DNA of 64,000 nucleotides from Acidobacteriota bacterium (GCA_965217775.1 CBDCJH010000002.1:5344001-5408000), one strand, 5' to 3'; positions 39,491-49,520 are shown, numbered from the stretch's first letter. Numbers and translations are program-made. The notes: a model not told the origin generated them from the letters alone.

Positions 39491-40765
39491 TCAAATCCGC
39501 AAGTAGTCTATGGCCACCGATCCTGGTGGGATCCACCGATGGCCCGCGGCAACCACGATGCCGTTTCGCGCCGCCGTATGCTGGAAGGCCTCCGGATGGC
39601 GGCTCATTGGCTGGACCAGCGCCAGGCACTCCATGAACCTCTCGTAGCCGTTCCTGCGGCCGTCGATGAGAGCCTGGGTCTCTCCGCAAGTGAAACGGAA
39701 CTTTTGGCCCGTTCGCCAGTAATGGTCTCCCAGGGCCGCCACACAAGAGACCCCCTTCTCGAACTGTTTCAGGTTGTGGGGAGAGGGTTTATTCAGATCG
39801 GGATGAAACGTCAGATCGATCAGGTTCTGATTCTCGGCGACGAAGTCCCGGACCATGAGCTGATCCAATCTGGCCGTTGATTTCCAGTCCACCAGGCGGG
39901 CGCTGTCACCGCTCTGATACCTTCGGATCCCATAGAGACTGTCACCCTGGCCTCTCAGGTTCAGGGCCTCCGCCCCTTGCAGCTCGGGATAGATGAAGAA
40001 CAGGGTTTGCAGATTCAACAGCGCGGGGTAGACCAGGATGGAGCCTTGGGTCCGCAACATTCGCTTGCGCTGAAAGAGGCCGAAGGGGAACCTGGTGCCG
40101 ATTTCGAAGCCATCGACCGGATAGGAGCCGCGACGGCGGAACAGGCACTTCAAGGTCAACTTCAGGTCGGAACGGACGCCGATATAGGGAAAGACCTTCT
40201 CTCGGGTAAAGAAATCCGTCGCCGGTTCCGGATCTTTTTCCTGGTTTTGGCGGCCTCTAAGCTTCAGAGCGAAGGACGGAATCCAACGCTTCAAGTTATG
40301 CAGAGTGACGAAACAGGTCGCGGTGTCCTGGGCCCGGATCGTCTCCGGCACGCTGATGCTCACCTTCAACCCGTGCAGGACCAACGCGGACAGCGGGCCC
40401 GAAACCAGCAGTGCGGCCAGGAGAAGTGAGAGCAGTAGAACCAGCAGGTTGTTGCCCGAGTTCATGGAGGAGAATCCCAAAACGGTCACCAGCAGGAGGA
40501 AGAAGGCCCCACGATGAGTGATGGACAGCGTGGGAATTCTCTCCCGCAGATCCCTCCGGTAACGTGACAGGACGTAGGGCGCCAGGGTCACGGCGGCCAG
40601 CGCGGCAAAGATCAGTGAGACCAGGGCCGGAAAAGCTGCGGCATGGCTCTGACCGGTCCAGCGCGCCAGGGCGCTCAGAGCGGCCAGCACCGCCGCGGAC
40701 ACCAGTAGAATCAGTGGCCAGACGATTTCTCCCCGGGCCCACTTCAGCCTGACCCGCCGAATCAT
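39491..40765 (-). CDS. DUF58 domain protein
   Basis: NSGNNLL, TRFPFGLF, LVYP, IRRYQSGDSARLVDWKSTAR; TGATG coupling to moxR. Confidence 0.9.
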   Translation of the reverse strand: MIRRVRLKWARGEIVWPLILLVSAAVLAALSALARWTGQSHAAAFPALVSLIFAALAAVTLAPYVLSRYRRDLRERIPTLSITHRGAFFLLLVTVLGFSSMNSGNNLLVLLLSLLLAALLVSGPLSALVLHGLKVSISVPETIRAQDTATCFVTLHNLKRWIPSFALKLRGRQNQEKDPEPATDFFTREKVFPYIGVRSDLKLTLKCLFRRRGSYPVDGFEIGTRFPFGLFQRKRMLRTQGSILVYPALLNLQTLFFIYPELQGAEALNLRGQGDSLYGIRRYQSGDSARLVDWKSTARLDQLMVRDFVAENQNLIDLTFHPDLNKPSPHNLKQFEKGVSCVAALGDHYWRTGQKFRFTCGETQALIDGRRNGYERFMECLALVQPMSRHPEAFQHTAARNGIVVAAGHRWIPPGSVAIDYLRI

Positions 40766-41724
40766 CAGACCGGGACCTCGACCTGGTCCACGAGATCCGC
40801 AATGATCGATTCGGCTTCCTGGGTCTTTTCCAGAGGCGAGGCGTGTCTGGGACTGACCAGGACGCGGTGGGAAAATACGGGCACCACCAAGCGTTTGACG
40901 TCGTCCGGGATGCAGTAGGATCTGCCCCGGAAATAGGCTAGCGCCTGAGCCGCCCGATACAGGAACATGGCGCCCCGGGTGCTCACTCCCAGGGCCAGAA
41001 GTTCGCACTCCCGGGTGGCCCTCACCAGGGTCATGAGGTATTGCAGGAGCGTCTCTTCGAACCGCACTTCCTGAACCTCTTCCTGGCCCCTCAACAGATC
41101 CTCGGTGCTGACGACCGGATCGAGATCGGAGGTCTCATATTGCCCCTGCGAGCGCAGGATCTCCGTTTCGTGAGACTGGCTGGGGTAGCCCATGGAGATG
41201 CGCATGAGAAACCGGTCCAATTGGGACTCCGGAAGCGGATAGGTCCCGTGGTGTTCCGTCGGGTTCTGGGTGGCAATCACCATGAAAGGCTGAGGCAGCA
41301 GGTGGGTGTGGTTGTCCACCGTGATCTTCGCCTCGCTCATGGCTTCCAGCAGAGCGCTCTGAGTCCTGGGCGTAGTGCGGTTGACTTCGTCGGCCAGCAC
41401 CACGTTGGCAAACAGCGGGCCCGGCCGGAACTCGAATTCTCGGCGCACCTGGTTGAAGACCGAGATCCCGGTAAGGTCCGAGGGGAGCAGGTCGCTGGTG
41501 AACTGGATGCGCTGGAAGCGGCAGTCGACGGAACGCGCCAGGGCGTGAGCCAAGGTGGTCTTGCCGACGCCGGGGACGTCCTCCACCAGCATGTGTCCCC
41601 GGGCCAACAGGGTCACCACCGCCAACTCCACGACGTCGGATTTGCCCTTGATGACCCGTTCCACCGAGTACTGGAGGGCCTTGAATCTCTCCGTCAGACT
41701 GGCGATTCCGGCACCGTTCGACAC
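40765..41724 (-). CDS. moxR: MoxR family AAA+ ATPase
   Basis: EDVPGVGKT, RIQFTSDLLPSD, ADEVNRTTPRTQSALLEAM, ATQNP, PLPESQLDRF. Confidence 0.95.
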   Translation of the reverse strand: MSNGAGIASLTERFKALQYSVERVIKGKSDVVELAVVTLLARGHMLVEDVPGVGKTTLAHALARSVDCRFQRIQFTSDLLPSDLTGISVFNQVRREFEFRPGPLFANVVLADEVNRTTPRTQSALLEAMSEAKITVDNHTHLLPQPFMVIATQNPTEHHGTYPLPESQLDRFLMRISMGYPSQSHETEILRSQGQYETSDLDPVVSTEDLLRGQEEVQEVRFEETLLQYLMTLVRATRECELLALGVSTRGAMFLYRAAQALAYFRGRSYCIPDDVKRLVVPVFSHRVLVSPRHASPLEKTQEAESIIADLVDQVEVPV

Positions 41725-41737
41725 GCGCGTATGATAG

Positions 41738-41760
41738 CAGTCCGTGGCGATAGTCGCTGA
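41738..41760. mobile_element. Solo eroded MITE terminal repeat abutting the moxR -10 box
   Basis: CAGTCCGTGGCGATAGTCGC matches TIR CAGTCCGTGGTGAAAGTCGC at 18/20; on the minus strand it reads ...GGAC-TGCTATCAT-6 nt-GTG. Confidence 0.65.
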
Positions 41761-41772
41761 GTCCCGGCAGCG

Positions 41773-42792
41773 TCAGCGGAAAAGGCTTTTCTGGGAGGTT
41801 GTCGCTTCGAGGCCCAGCCGGGAATAGGCCAGGGGAGTGGCCACGCGGCCCCGAGGAGTGCGGGCCAGGAAGCCGGTCTGAATCAGGTAGGGCTCGTAGA
41901 TGTCCTCGATGGCGTCCTTCTCCTCGCTGATGGCGGCGGAGAGGGTGCTCAGGCCGACGGGGCCGCCGTCGAATCTTGCGATGATGGTGTCCATGAGCTT
42001 GCGATCGATCTCGTCGAAGCCGAACCGGTCCACGTTCATGAGTTCCAGTCCCCGGCAGGCGATGTCCCGAGAAATCTCTCCGTTGGCCCGTACCTGGGCG
42101 TAATCCCGGACCCGCTTGAGCAGACGGTTGGCGATCCGTGGAGTGCCTCGGCTCCTCCGCGCCACCTCTGACGCTCCTTTGAGGTCGATCCCGACGCCCA
42201 GAATTCTCGCGGAACGGCGGATGATGGAGACCAGGCTCTCGACGTCGTAGAAGTCGAGTCGCTGTATGATCCCGAATCTTCCCCGGAGCGGAGAGGTGAT
42301 CAGACCGGTGCGGGTCGTGGCCCCCACCAGGGTGAACTGGGGTATATCGATCTTTATGGAGCGGGCGCCCGGGCCTTCGCCGATGATGATATCGATCTGA
42401 AAGTCCTCCATCGCCGGGTAGAGAATCTCCTCGATGGCGGGATGGAGGCGGTGGATCTCGTCGATGAAGAGAACGTCCTTGTCTTCCAGGTTGGTGAGAA
42501 TGGCGGCCAGGTCCCCTCGTTTCTCGATGGCGGGGCCGGAAGTGGAGCGAAAGTTGACCTCGAGTTCATGGGCGATGACGTGGGCCAGGGTCGTCTTTCC
42601 CAGACCGGGAGGCCCGAAAATCAGAATGTGGTCCAGCGCCTCCCCGCGGCGGCGGGCAGCTTCGATGCCGACGGAGAGCCCCTCCTTGACCTGGTCCTGA
42701 CCCACGAAGTCACGCAGCCGGCGAGGACGGAGATCGGTCTCGTAGAGGACCTCTTCTTCCTGATGCCCAGGATTCATGAGTCGGTCCTGCAC
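41773..42792 (-). CDS. ruvB: Holliday junction branch migration helicase RuvB
   Basis: [43 protein letters not shown]. Confidence 0.98.
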   Translation of the reverse strand: MQDRLMNPGHQEEEVLYETDLRPRRLRDFVGQDQVKEGLSVGIEAARRRGEALDHILIFGPPGLGKTTLAHVIAHELEVNFRSTSGPAIEKRGDLAAILTNLEDKDVLFIDEIHRLHPAIEEILYPAMEDFQIDIIIGEGPGARSIKIDIPQFTLVGATTRTGLITSPLRGRFGIIQRLDFYDVESLVSIIRRSARILGVGIDLKGASEVARRSRGTPRIANRLLKRVRDYAQVRANGEISRDIACRGLELMNVDRFGFDEIDRKLMDTIIARFDGGPVGLSTLSAAISEEKDAIEDIYEPYLIQTGFLARTPRGRVATPLAYSRLGLEATTSQKSLFR

Positions 42793-42865
42793 CTGTCAAT
42801 TCCTCTGAGACTCGGCTTCCGCCGGCAATTGGCCGCTCTGCTTCAATCCCGGTTCCGCCCTCCGG

Positions 42866-43462
42866 TTACCTGGAGATCTTGCGCAACGTGCTCCTGAGCA
42901 GATCCTCGAAGCGATCCGGGCTCTTCTGCGTGAGCACCTGGGCGACGGCCTTCTCTGCGATTCTCTTGACATAGCCCAAGTTGACCAGGGCGGAAACCAC
43001 GTCTTGCCGTAGTTGGGCCGGAACCCCCGAAATGCTTACCGTCTCCACTGGCGGCGTCAAACCCTGCAGCCGGTCGGGCATCTCCAGGACGATCCGTCCC
43101 GCCGTCTTCTTGCCCACGCCGGGGACGGCGCAGAGTCGAGCCAAGTCCTTGTCCGCGACGGCCTCCAGAAATTCGTCGACCGGCATTCCCGACAGGATGG
43201 CAATTCCCAGTCGAGGGCCGATGCCCGATACCTGGATGAGGCGCGTGAAAAGCTCCTTCTCTCTGACAGTGGAGAAACCATAGAGACTGAGTTGATCCCC
43301 TTTCGCGTGAGTGTAGATTTGGAGGGTGACAGCGTCGGACTCGGAACCCAACTCGTAGTAGGTCGAGAAGGGGATGTGAACCTCGTATCCGACTCCGCGA
43401 ACGTCCACGATGACGCGGCCGGCCGACTTCTCCGCGAGAACGCCTGTAAGGCGAGCGATCAT
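42866..43462 (-). CDS. ruvA: Holliday junction branch migration protein RuvA
   Basis: MIARLTG, GVGYEV, LYGF, VSGIGPR, VPGVGKKTA, ALVNLGY. Confidence 0.97.
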   Translation of the reverse strand: MIARLTGVLAEKSAGRVIVDVRGVGYEVHIPFSTYYELGSESDAVTLQIYTHAKGDQLSLYGFSTVREKELFTRLIQVSGIGPRLGIAILSGMPVDEFLEAVADKDLARLCAVPGVGKKTAGRIVLEMPDRLQGLTPPVETVSISGVPAQLRQDVVSALVNLGYVKRIAEKAVAQVLTQKSPDRFEDLLRSTLRKISR

Positions 43463-43468
43463 CTGCTG

Positions 43469-43474
43469 ATTATA
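43469..43474 (-). promoter_or_regulatory. -10 box TATAAT of probable leaderless ruvA transcript
   Basis: TATAAT 6 nt before ATG 43462. Confidence 0.6.
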
Positions 43475-43644
43475 CCGTCGGACCCTGAGCTGACGTGATG
43501 GGCGGCGTTGCTTCTATACCTGTCTTTGAAACCGCTGTCGTCGAAGCCGAGCGGCCGGTTGTCTTGGGTGACGGCATCGAAATCGTCCTCCGGCTGGACC
43601 AAGGCATGTCAGGAGTCCCCCACGTGATGACCGTCATGATACCG

Positions 43645-44271
43645 TCACGCCATCGGCCGGCGCGACAAGTCCAGCTCGACTGGTTCGCGCCCGCGTGCAA
43701 ATTCGAACCCCTCTCCGGACGGCTCCATGAAGGTGATCGATTCGTAGAAGTTGTCCAACGAGATGAACAAGCCGTTCTCTTCCGCCCACCGCCGCATCCG
43801 CTGGTTACAAGAGTGCCCCCACGACAGGATCTCCACGCCCCAGCCGCGTTTGTGCATGCGCTCCAACGTGCTGTGGAAGCCCGCGCCTTCACGATAGCCG
43901 GCGCCGTCTCCGGTCAGGAGCACCGCGATGCCCGGGTCGCCATTGTAGTCGAGTGCATCCTCCAGCATTCGCAACTGCAGCAGCCGGTCGGGCATGTCCT
44001 GTTCGCTTCGCGCCGGGTTGCCACGGTCGAAGAGTTTCACTTCTACACCCTTGCCTTCCATCCGATTCCACAACTGGCGCATTTCCGGCGGTATGGAACC
44101 TGCGGCGAACGCCCTCTGCACGGGGCGTCTGGCATGCGCCAAACGGAGGATGTTGTCGAAATGGATGCGAACGCGAAAGCGAGCGTCGGGCCCTTCGTCG
44201 CGCTCCTCGACAACGCGTTGCACCTCGTGAAAGATGCTCGAATTGTCCCAATATATGAATGCGCGGTTCAT
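43645..44271 (-). CDS. NYN-domain (LabA/DUF88, PIN-like) protein
   Basis: FIYWDNSSIF, EQDMPD..LQLRML, VLLTGDG.GY, GWGVEILSW; GGAGG RBS. Confidence 0.8.
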   Translation of the reverse strand: MNRAFIYWDNSSIFHEVQRVVEERDEGPDARFRVRIHFDNILRLAHARRPVQRAFAAGSIPPEMRQLWNRMEGKGVEVKLFDRGNPARSEQDMPDRLLQLRMLEDALDYNGDPGIAVLLTGDGAGYREGAGFHSTLERMHKRGWGVEILSWGHSCNQRMRRWAEENGLFISLDNFYESITFMEPSGEGFEFARGREPVELDLSRRPMA

Positions 44272-44609
44272 GTCGATTCACCTCCCTGAATCTAGTAGCG
44301 GGTCGAGCGGCTGCCGACGGCTCGGCGTAAGCTGGACCGGTTCCACATCCGACTCATGGGGTATCGTCTGCTCCACTGTTGAAAAGCACGTACTTCTCTG
44401 ATTGCCGGTCCCGGAAGAGACAGTTGATCTCCGGCCAGCCTTATACGAGACCATTGTACGATAGAGCTTTGGCGGCGCAGTTCCTGCATTCTGCGTCAGT
44501 ATAGATGCGGTATGCGGTGTGGGCGCCAGAGTTGATGGACGAACTCCGCGGCATCGGTCTTCCCGTCAGATTCGAGGGCCCGTGGCCGCCCACGTCGAAG
44601 CCGTGCTGC

Positions 44610-45353
44610 TCACACTACGGTCGATTTCCGGGCCAGGAGACCGCGGTCCATCTCGGCCAGGATCTTCCGGGCTTGCGCCAAGGGGTCGGCGGCGTCGCGG
44701 ATGGGCCGTCCCACGACCAGAAAGTCGGCGCCGTCCCGGACCGCGCGATAGGGAGTGACCACGCGTTTCTGGTCGTCGAGCCGATCCCCGCCGAGCCGGA
44801 TGCCGGGGCAGACGAGAAGCGGACCTCGGCCCAACTCCCGGCGCAGCCTTCGCACATTCTGGCCGGAGCAGATCAATCCATCGCAGCCGTTGGAAACCGC
44901 ACTCCGGGCTCTCCAGCCGACGTAATCCTGCAAATCCCGGAACCGTCCTCCCGAACCCAGGCCAACGCTGTCTCGCAGGTCCTGGGCATCCACACTGGTC
45001 AGCAGGGTGACACAGAGCACCTGTAGCCGAGACCCGCTTTTCCCCTCTCGAGCGGCCGCTGCTCCGGCTCCCGTGTCATGAATGGTGATGAAGCGGGTGC
45101 CCAGCCGGGAGGCCGCGGCGACGGAGCGTCGCATGGTCGCCGGTATGTCGTACAGCTTGAGGTCCAGGAAAACGTCCAGTCCCTCCCGGACCAGCCACCG
45201 CACCAGACCCGGCCCCTCCGAAACGAAGAGCTCGAGCCCCACCTTGAAGAAACCCACGGAGGGGCGCAACGTGGCAACCAGGGCGTCCGCCTCGCTCCGG
45301 CTCGCCACATCCAGGGCGAAAATGAGCCGCCTCTCCGACGCGCCGGGGCTCAT
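44610..45353 (-). CDS. pyrF: Orotidine-5'-phosphate decarboxylase
   Basis: IFALD, FKVGLELF, FLDLKLYDIPAT, VTLLTS, PGIR, DDQKRV, LVVGRPI; ATGA overlap with the upstream gene. Confidence 0.96.
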   Translation of the reverse strand: MSPGASERRLIFALDVASRSEADALVATLRPSVGFFKVGLELFVSEGPGLVRWLVREGLDVFLDLKLYDIPATMRRSVAAASRLGTRFITIHDTGAGAAAAREGKSGSRLQVLCVTLLTSVDAQDLRDSVGLGSGGRFRDLQDYVGWRARSAVSNGCDGLICSGQNVRRLRRELGRGPLLVCPGIRLGGDRLDDQKRVVTPYRAVRDGADFLVVGRPIRDAADPLAQARKILAEMDRGLLARKSTVV

Positions 45354-46453
45354 AGGGAGAGCAGGGGATTCTCTCGATTCTCCAGCGGCAGCTTGACGGG
45401 GCCTCCCTGGCGCTGGGACTCGAAGGCCGCCACGATCATCTCGGTGGCGCCGCGAGCCTCGTAAACGCTGCCCAGAGGGTCGCGGTCTTTCTCGATGGCC
45501 CGGATCAGATCTTCGCAGAGCCAGACGTTCCCCTGGTGAGCGCCGCCCTTCTCCAGCGGTTCCGGCTGGCCGACTCCGGTCGTGCTCACGCTGATCCACT
45601 TGGAGCCGGTCCTGCCCGGCGACCACGCGGAATCTTCCAGCAAGTGCACGTCGGGGACCGGGCCGGTATGAGTCTCGAGCAGCCCCTTGGACCCCCGGAT
45701 CGTAAGCCCGAAACGAGTCGGCCTGCCGGCCGCGTTCCGGTGACTCGAAAAATAGGCGCCCGCGCCGCTCTCCATGCCGTACATGGCTTCCACCCGGTCT
45801 CCCGCCAATGGGCCGATGCCTTCGGCACCGTCTACAACCTCGGCGCGGGACACCGGACGTCCGTTCTGGGTCACCCGGGCGTAGCACCAGAGGGCGTTTC
45901 CCCCGAAAATACGCATCAGGTCGAAGATGTGCGTCCCCAGGACCCACAGGTCCTCGCCGCCGCCGCGACGGTCCTCCTTGCCGCGGCCGCAGAATTCCAG
46001 AACCCGGCCCAGACGTCCCTCGGCGATCAGGTCCTTCATCACCTGGATCTTGGGGCTGTAACGAGTCTGGTGGGCGATCGCCAGCTTGACGTGGGAACGC
46101 TCGCAGGCCTCCACCATGGCGTCCGCCTCGGCCAGAGTCCGGCACATTGGCTTTTCCAGGAAGATGCTGGCTCCGTACTCGGCGCAGGCCAACACCATGT
46201 CGTGGTGGCAGTCCAGCCAGCGGGGAGCCACGCTCACGATCTGAGGACGTTCCTGCCGCAACATCTCCCGGTAGTCCGAGTAGCCGGCCTTGACGCCCAG
46301 CCGGGCAGTCGCTTCCTGGAGACCCTTCTCGTCCTCATCGGCGACGGCGACCAGTTCCGCCCGGTCCACCGCCAGCCAGACCGTGTCCAGGCCGTGCCCA
46401 TAGTTCCCTCGGTTGGTCCGGCCGATCACGGCGACCCGGTATTTCTCGCTCAT
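45350..46453 (-). CDS. Gfo/Idh/MocA family oxidoreductase
   Basis: VAVIG, LVAVAD, EKPM, THIFDLM. Confidence 0.9.
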   Translation of the reverse strand: MSEKYRVAVIGRTNRGNYGHGLDTVWLAVDRAELVAVADEDEKGLQEATARLGVKAGYSDYREMLRQERPQIVSVAPRWLDCHHDMVLACAEYGASIFLEKPMCRTLAEADAMVEACERSHVKLAIAHQTRYSPKIQVMKDLIAEGRLGRVLEFCGRGKEDRRGGGEDLWVLGTHIFDLMRIFGGNALWCYARVTQNGRPVSRAEVVDGAEGIGPLAGDRVEAMYGMESGAGAYFSSHRNAAGRPTRFGLTIRGSKGLLETHTGPVPDVHLLEDSAWSPGRTGSKWISVSTTGVGQPEPLEKGGAHQGNVWLCEDLIRAIEKDRDPLGSVYEARGATEMIVAAFESQRQGGPVKLPLENRENPLLSL

Positions 46454-46496
46454 AGTTTCACCTCACAGAAAAGGTTGGGGATGAAGTCGATCTTAA

Positions 46497-46560
46497 CAGT
46501 CCGTGGTGAAAGTCTCACGCAGCACCGGTCGAATGCCGTGACGACTTTTGCCACGGGCTG
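46497..46560 (-). mobile_element. Internally deleted MITE copy 7 (64 bp)
   Basis: Both TIRs joined directly; flanks TTAA/TCAA. Confidence 0.75.
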
Positions 46561-46571
46561 TCAACAGTTGG

Positions 46572-46595
46572 CAACCCGTGGCAAAAGTCGTCACG
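46572..46595 (+). mobile_element. Solo MITE left end, head-to-head with copy 7
   Basis: CAACCCGTGGCAAAAGTCGTCACG matches the left TIR at 23/24. Confidence 0.7.
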
Positions 46596-46725
46596 CCGTC
46601 GTCGCCGGTCCGGCGGGCCGAGTTCCCCTCTGGCAAACTGTTGCCGGTAGGGCTAACCTGATGAACCACGCCCGGGACGCTAATTTCGCGTCTCATCGGG
46701 TGGTTCGCGAATCGTGGAGTCGCAG

Positions 46726-48255
46726 ATGGAGCATGGTGCGGGGAGGTGGGGGGCTTGGCTGCTCCTGTGGCCTCTCTTGGTTGCGGCGGAACCCGCCTGG
46801 TGCCAGGAGCCGGCTTCCAACGCCGGTTCGGCGGCGCCGCCGCGATTCGACTTGTCTTCAGCTTCCGGCTCTGAGTCCCGTCCGTCGCCTCTGGAGCTGT
46901 TGCGCGAAGCAATTCTCCAACTCCGGCAGCTTCCCGACTCCAACCGTCGCGTGAAACGTTCGGTCGGCGACGTCGTGGAGGCCATCTCCGAAAGCCTGTC
47001 CCACAAGGGAGAAAGCCTTTACCTCGACGGAAGGCAGATCCGTTCGTATCCGGATGGAAAGAGGGTCTTCAAGTACTGCAAACGGGCGCTGCGCCGGCTC
47101 CAGCGGGGCTTCAATTCGGTGCGCGGGAACCGCGAGGTCCTGTCGGTCTTCGAGCGGGTGGCAGAGAACCTCCTCGAGGCTCAGACCGAGATCGCACGGG
47201 CCTCCATCGAGGCGGCCCAGCGTTTGAGCGCCCTCGGTCTGGCGGACGAATGGCAGGTGGAAAGAGCCCTTCGGGAATTGGAGAGAGCCGGCCGGCACGA
47301 TGATTCCAGGAAGGCCATGGATGCCCTGAAGAAGGCCTGGGAGGTGTCGCAGCAGGCGGTGCGCCGGCAGAGCCTGGCGGTCATTGCCTTCCGGGACTCT
47401 CCCGATCCGTTTTCTCCGGAGCTGGTTACCAGCACTCTGTCCATCACTTTCAAGATTCTGGCCCGGGGACACTATTCGCTGGACTATGTTCGCGTCATTC
47501 AGGATTCGGCCAGTGGCGAGGTGATCCGAATATTGAACAATCGTCCCTGGGACGGCACGGACGGAACAGGTCGCTTGGTGCCCGACGGGAGCTATCCCTA
47601 TCTGGCCTTCGGTCAGCTCACGAGGCTGACGGTGTACGACCGGCGCCGGGGAAGGATTCCCGTGCGCAAGCCGGGTGAGTATCGAGCCGCATCATTTCCC
47701 ATCACCGGAACCGCCATGGTGGACGGCACGCCGCCCGTGCTCCAGGTCGAGACCACTCCCCCGCCGAACCACCGCGGCTGGCACAATTCGGACGTGACCG
47801 TTTCGTTCAAGGCGCAGGACAACCTGGCCGGATTGGCCAGCCTGAGTCCAGACCTGAAGATCACCGCTGAGGGCGCGGACCGGCGCCTGAGGGGCATGGC
47901 CGTCGATCGAGCCGGAAACAGCACTTCCTTGGATCTGGAAGTCAAGCTGGACAAGCAACCCCCCTCGATCGAGGTGACGTGGCCCACGACCGGGTCGCGG
48001 CTGGAAGAGGGGAGGCTGAGGTTGACGGGGATGGTTCAAGACGCCCTCTCCGGAGTCGCCCAAGTGACTTGCAACGGAACGCCGGTCCGGTCTTGGGACA
48101 CGGACTTCGACTGTGACCTGCGGCTCCGGGAGGGAGAGAATCAAATTCGCGTGGAGGCAGTCGATCACGCGGGAAACGGCGCGTCGGCATCGATTCGGGT
48201 GCACGGCCTGTCGCCCGCCGCCGCGGCGGGACACTTCCCCGCCGGAAAAGAATAG
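46726..48255 (+). CDS. Secreted hypothetical protein: helical N-domain, FlgD-Ig-like segment, two Ig-like repeats
   Basis: Signal peptide (LLLWPLLVAAEPAWC); WDGTDGTGRLVPDGSY; DGTPP...GWHNSDVTVSF; DKQPP...DALSGV...EGENQIRVEAVDHAGN. Confidence 0.7.
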   Translation: MEHGAGRWGAWLLLWPLLVAAEPAWCQEPASNAGSAAPPRFDLSSASGSESRPSPLELLREAILQLRQLPDSNRRVKRSVGDVVEAISESLSHKGESLYLDGRQIRSYPDGKRVFKYCKRALRRLQRGFNSVRGNREVLSVFERVAENLLEAQTEIARASIEAAQRLSALGLADEWQVERALRELERAGRHDDSRKAMDALKKAWEVSQQAVRRQSLAVIAFRDSPDPFSPELVTSTLSITFKILARGHYSLDYVRVIQDSASGEVIRILNNRPWDGTDGTGRLVPDGSYPYLAFGQLTRLTVYDRRRGRIPVRKPGEYRAASFPITGTAMVDGTPPVLQVETTPPPNHRGWHNSDVTVSFKAQDNLAGLASLSPDLKITAEGADRRLRGMAVDRAGNSTSLDLEVKLDKQPPSIEVTWPTTGSRLEEGRLRLTGMVQDALSGVAQVTCNGTPVRSWDTDFDCDLRLREGENQIRVEAVDHAGNGASASIRVHGLSPAAAAGHFPAGKE

Positions 48256-48257
48256 AA

Positions 48258-49520
48258 ATGCGCGAGTATTTTTCTTGCCTGCCTCGATGGCTCTTCCCGC
48301 TGTTTTTGGGGTTCCAGTTTCACCTGCCGTTGCCGGCCCAGACGGGAGGAGAGGACTGGCCCCGGTTCCTGGGTCCTCGGGGAGACGGCAGCTCAGGCGA
48401 GACGGGCTTGCTCGAAGGCTGGTCCGAAGAGGGTCCGCCTCTGGTCTGGGAACGGAGTCTGGGGCGGTCGTTCAGTCCGCCCGTGACCTCTGAGGGTCGT
48501 ATCGTCGTTTTTCACCGGATTCGGGGCGAGGAGGTCGTCGAGTGTCTGGAATCCGCGACGGGGCGTCCCCTCTGGAAGCAGGGATATCCTACCCGCTATC
48601 TGGACCGGTACGGTTACAACAACGGCCCCCGGTCCTCCCCAGTCATCGACGGGGTCCGTGTCTACACCTTCGGGGCCGAGGGAAAGCTCACCTGTCTCGA
48701 TTTCTCCACCGGTCGAATCCTGTGGCAGCGGTGGATCAACCGGGACTATCGTGTTCCCCAGAATTTTTTCGGCGTCGGTTCGGCTCCGGTGGTCGAAGGG
48801 AATCGAATCCTGCTGAATGCTGGCGGCGACGGCGCGGGTGTCCTGGCGCTGGACAAGAATTCGGGGGAGACCATCTGGAAGACCGGCGAGGACGAGGCGA
48901 GCTACTCAACGCCGGCCGTCGTCGATCTGGACGGACGCCGAGTCGCCATGTTCCTGACCCGGGGGGGCTTCCTTGCGGTCGACGCGGCGGACGGCCGGGA
49001 ACTGTACCGCTATCCTTTCCGTTCCCGCAGCTATGAATCGGTCAATGCCGCCACGCCGGTGGTCGTGGGGAACCAGGTCTTTCTCTCGGCGACCTACAAT
49101 ACGGGAGCCGTTCTGCTGGAGCTGGGTTCGCAAGATTTGACGGAAGTCTGGCGAGACCGGCGGGCGATGCAGAATCATTGGGCCACGAGTCTCTACCGGA
49201 ACGGATACCTGTATGGAGTGGACGGCCGGCACGAGGGGCAGGCCAACCTGCGTTGCATCGAGTTCCTGACCGGTGCAGTTCGCTGGGAATCACCTCGGGA
49301 CCTGGGTCGGTCCGGTTTTGTCCTGGCCGAGGGTCGACTCATTCTTTTGGGGGAGCGGGGAGACCTGGCTCTGGTGGAATTGAGCCCGGAATCGTATCGG
49401 GAGAAGGCTCGTGCACGGGTCCTGACATACCCCTGCTGGGCTCCACCCGTCCTCTCCCACGGGCTGCTCTATCTGCGCAACGAAATCCGCCTGATCTGCC
49501 TGGATCTGAGAAAGAAGTGA
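48258..49520 (+). CDS. PQQ-like beta-propeller repeat protein (BamB-like)
   Basis: Signal peptide; DWPRFLGP, GPRSSPVI, repeated G..LW motifs, CWAPPVL..GLLYLRN. Confidence 0.85.
   Translation: MREYFSCLPRWLFPLFLGFQFHLPLPAQTGGEDWPRFLGPRGDGSSGETGLLEGWSEEGPPLVWERSLGRSFSPPVTSEGRIVVFHRIRGEEVVECLESATGRPLWKQGYPTRYLDRYGYNNGPRSSPVIDGVRVYTFGAEGKLTCLDFSTGRILWQRWINRDYRVPQNFFGVGSAPVVEGNRILLNAGGDGAGVLALDKNSGETIWKTGEDEASYSTPAVVDLDGRRVAMFLTRGGFLAVDAADGRELYRYPFRSRSYESVNAATPVVVGNQVFLSATYNTGAVLLELGSQDLTEVWRDRRAMQNHWATSLYRNGYLYGVDGRHEGQANLRCIEFLTGAVRWESPRDLGRSGFVLAEGRLILLGERGDLALVELSPESYREKARARVLTYPCWAPPVLSHGLLYLRNEIRLICLDLRKK

Noticed and set aside
10756-46560. MITE copies as integron attC sites (rod-like hairpins, some TAAC/GTTAG flanks)
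   Set aside because: Flanks are site-specific direct duplications rather than conserved RYYYAAC/GTTRRRY cores; copies occur in both orientations between housekeeping genes; no integrase
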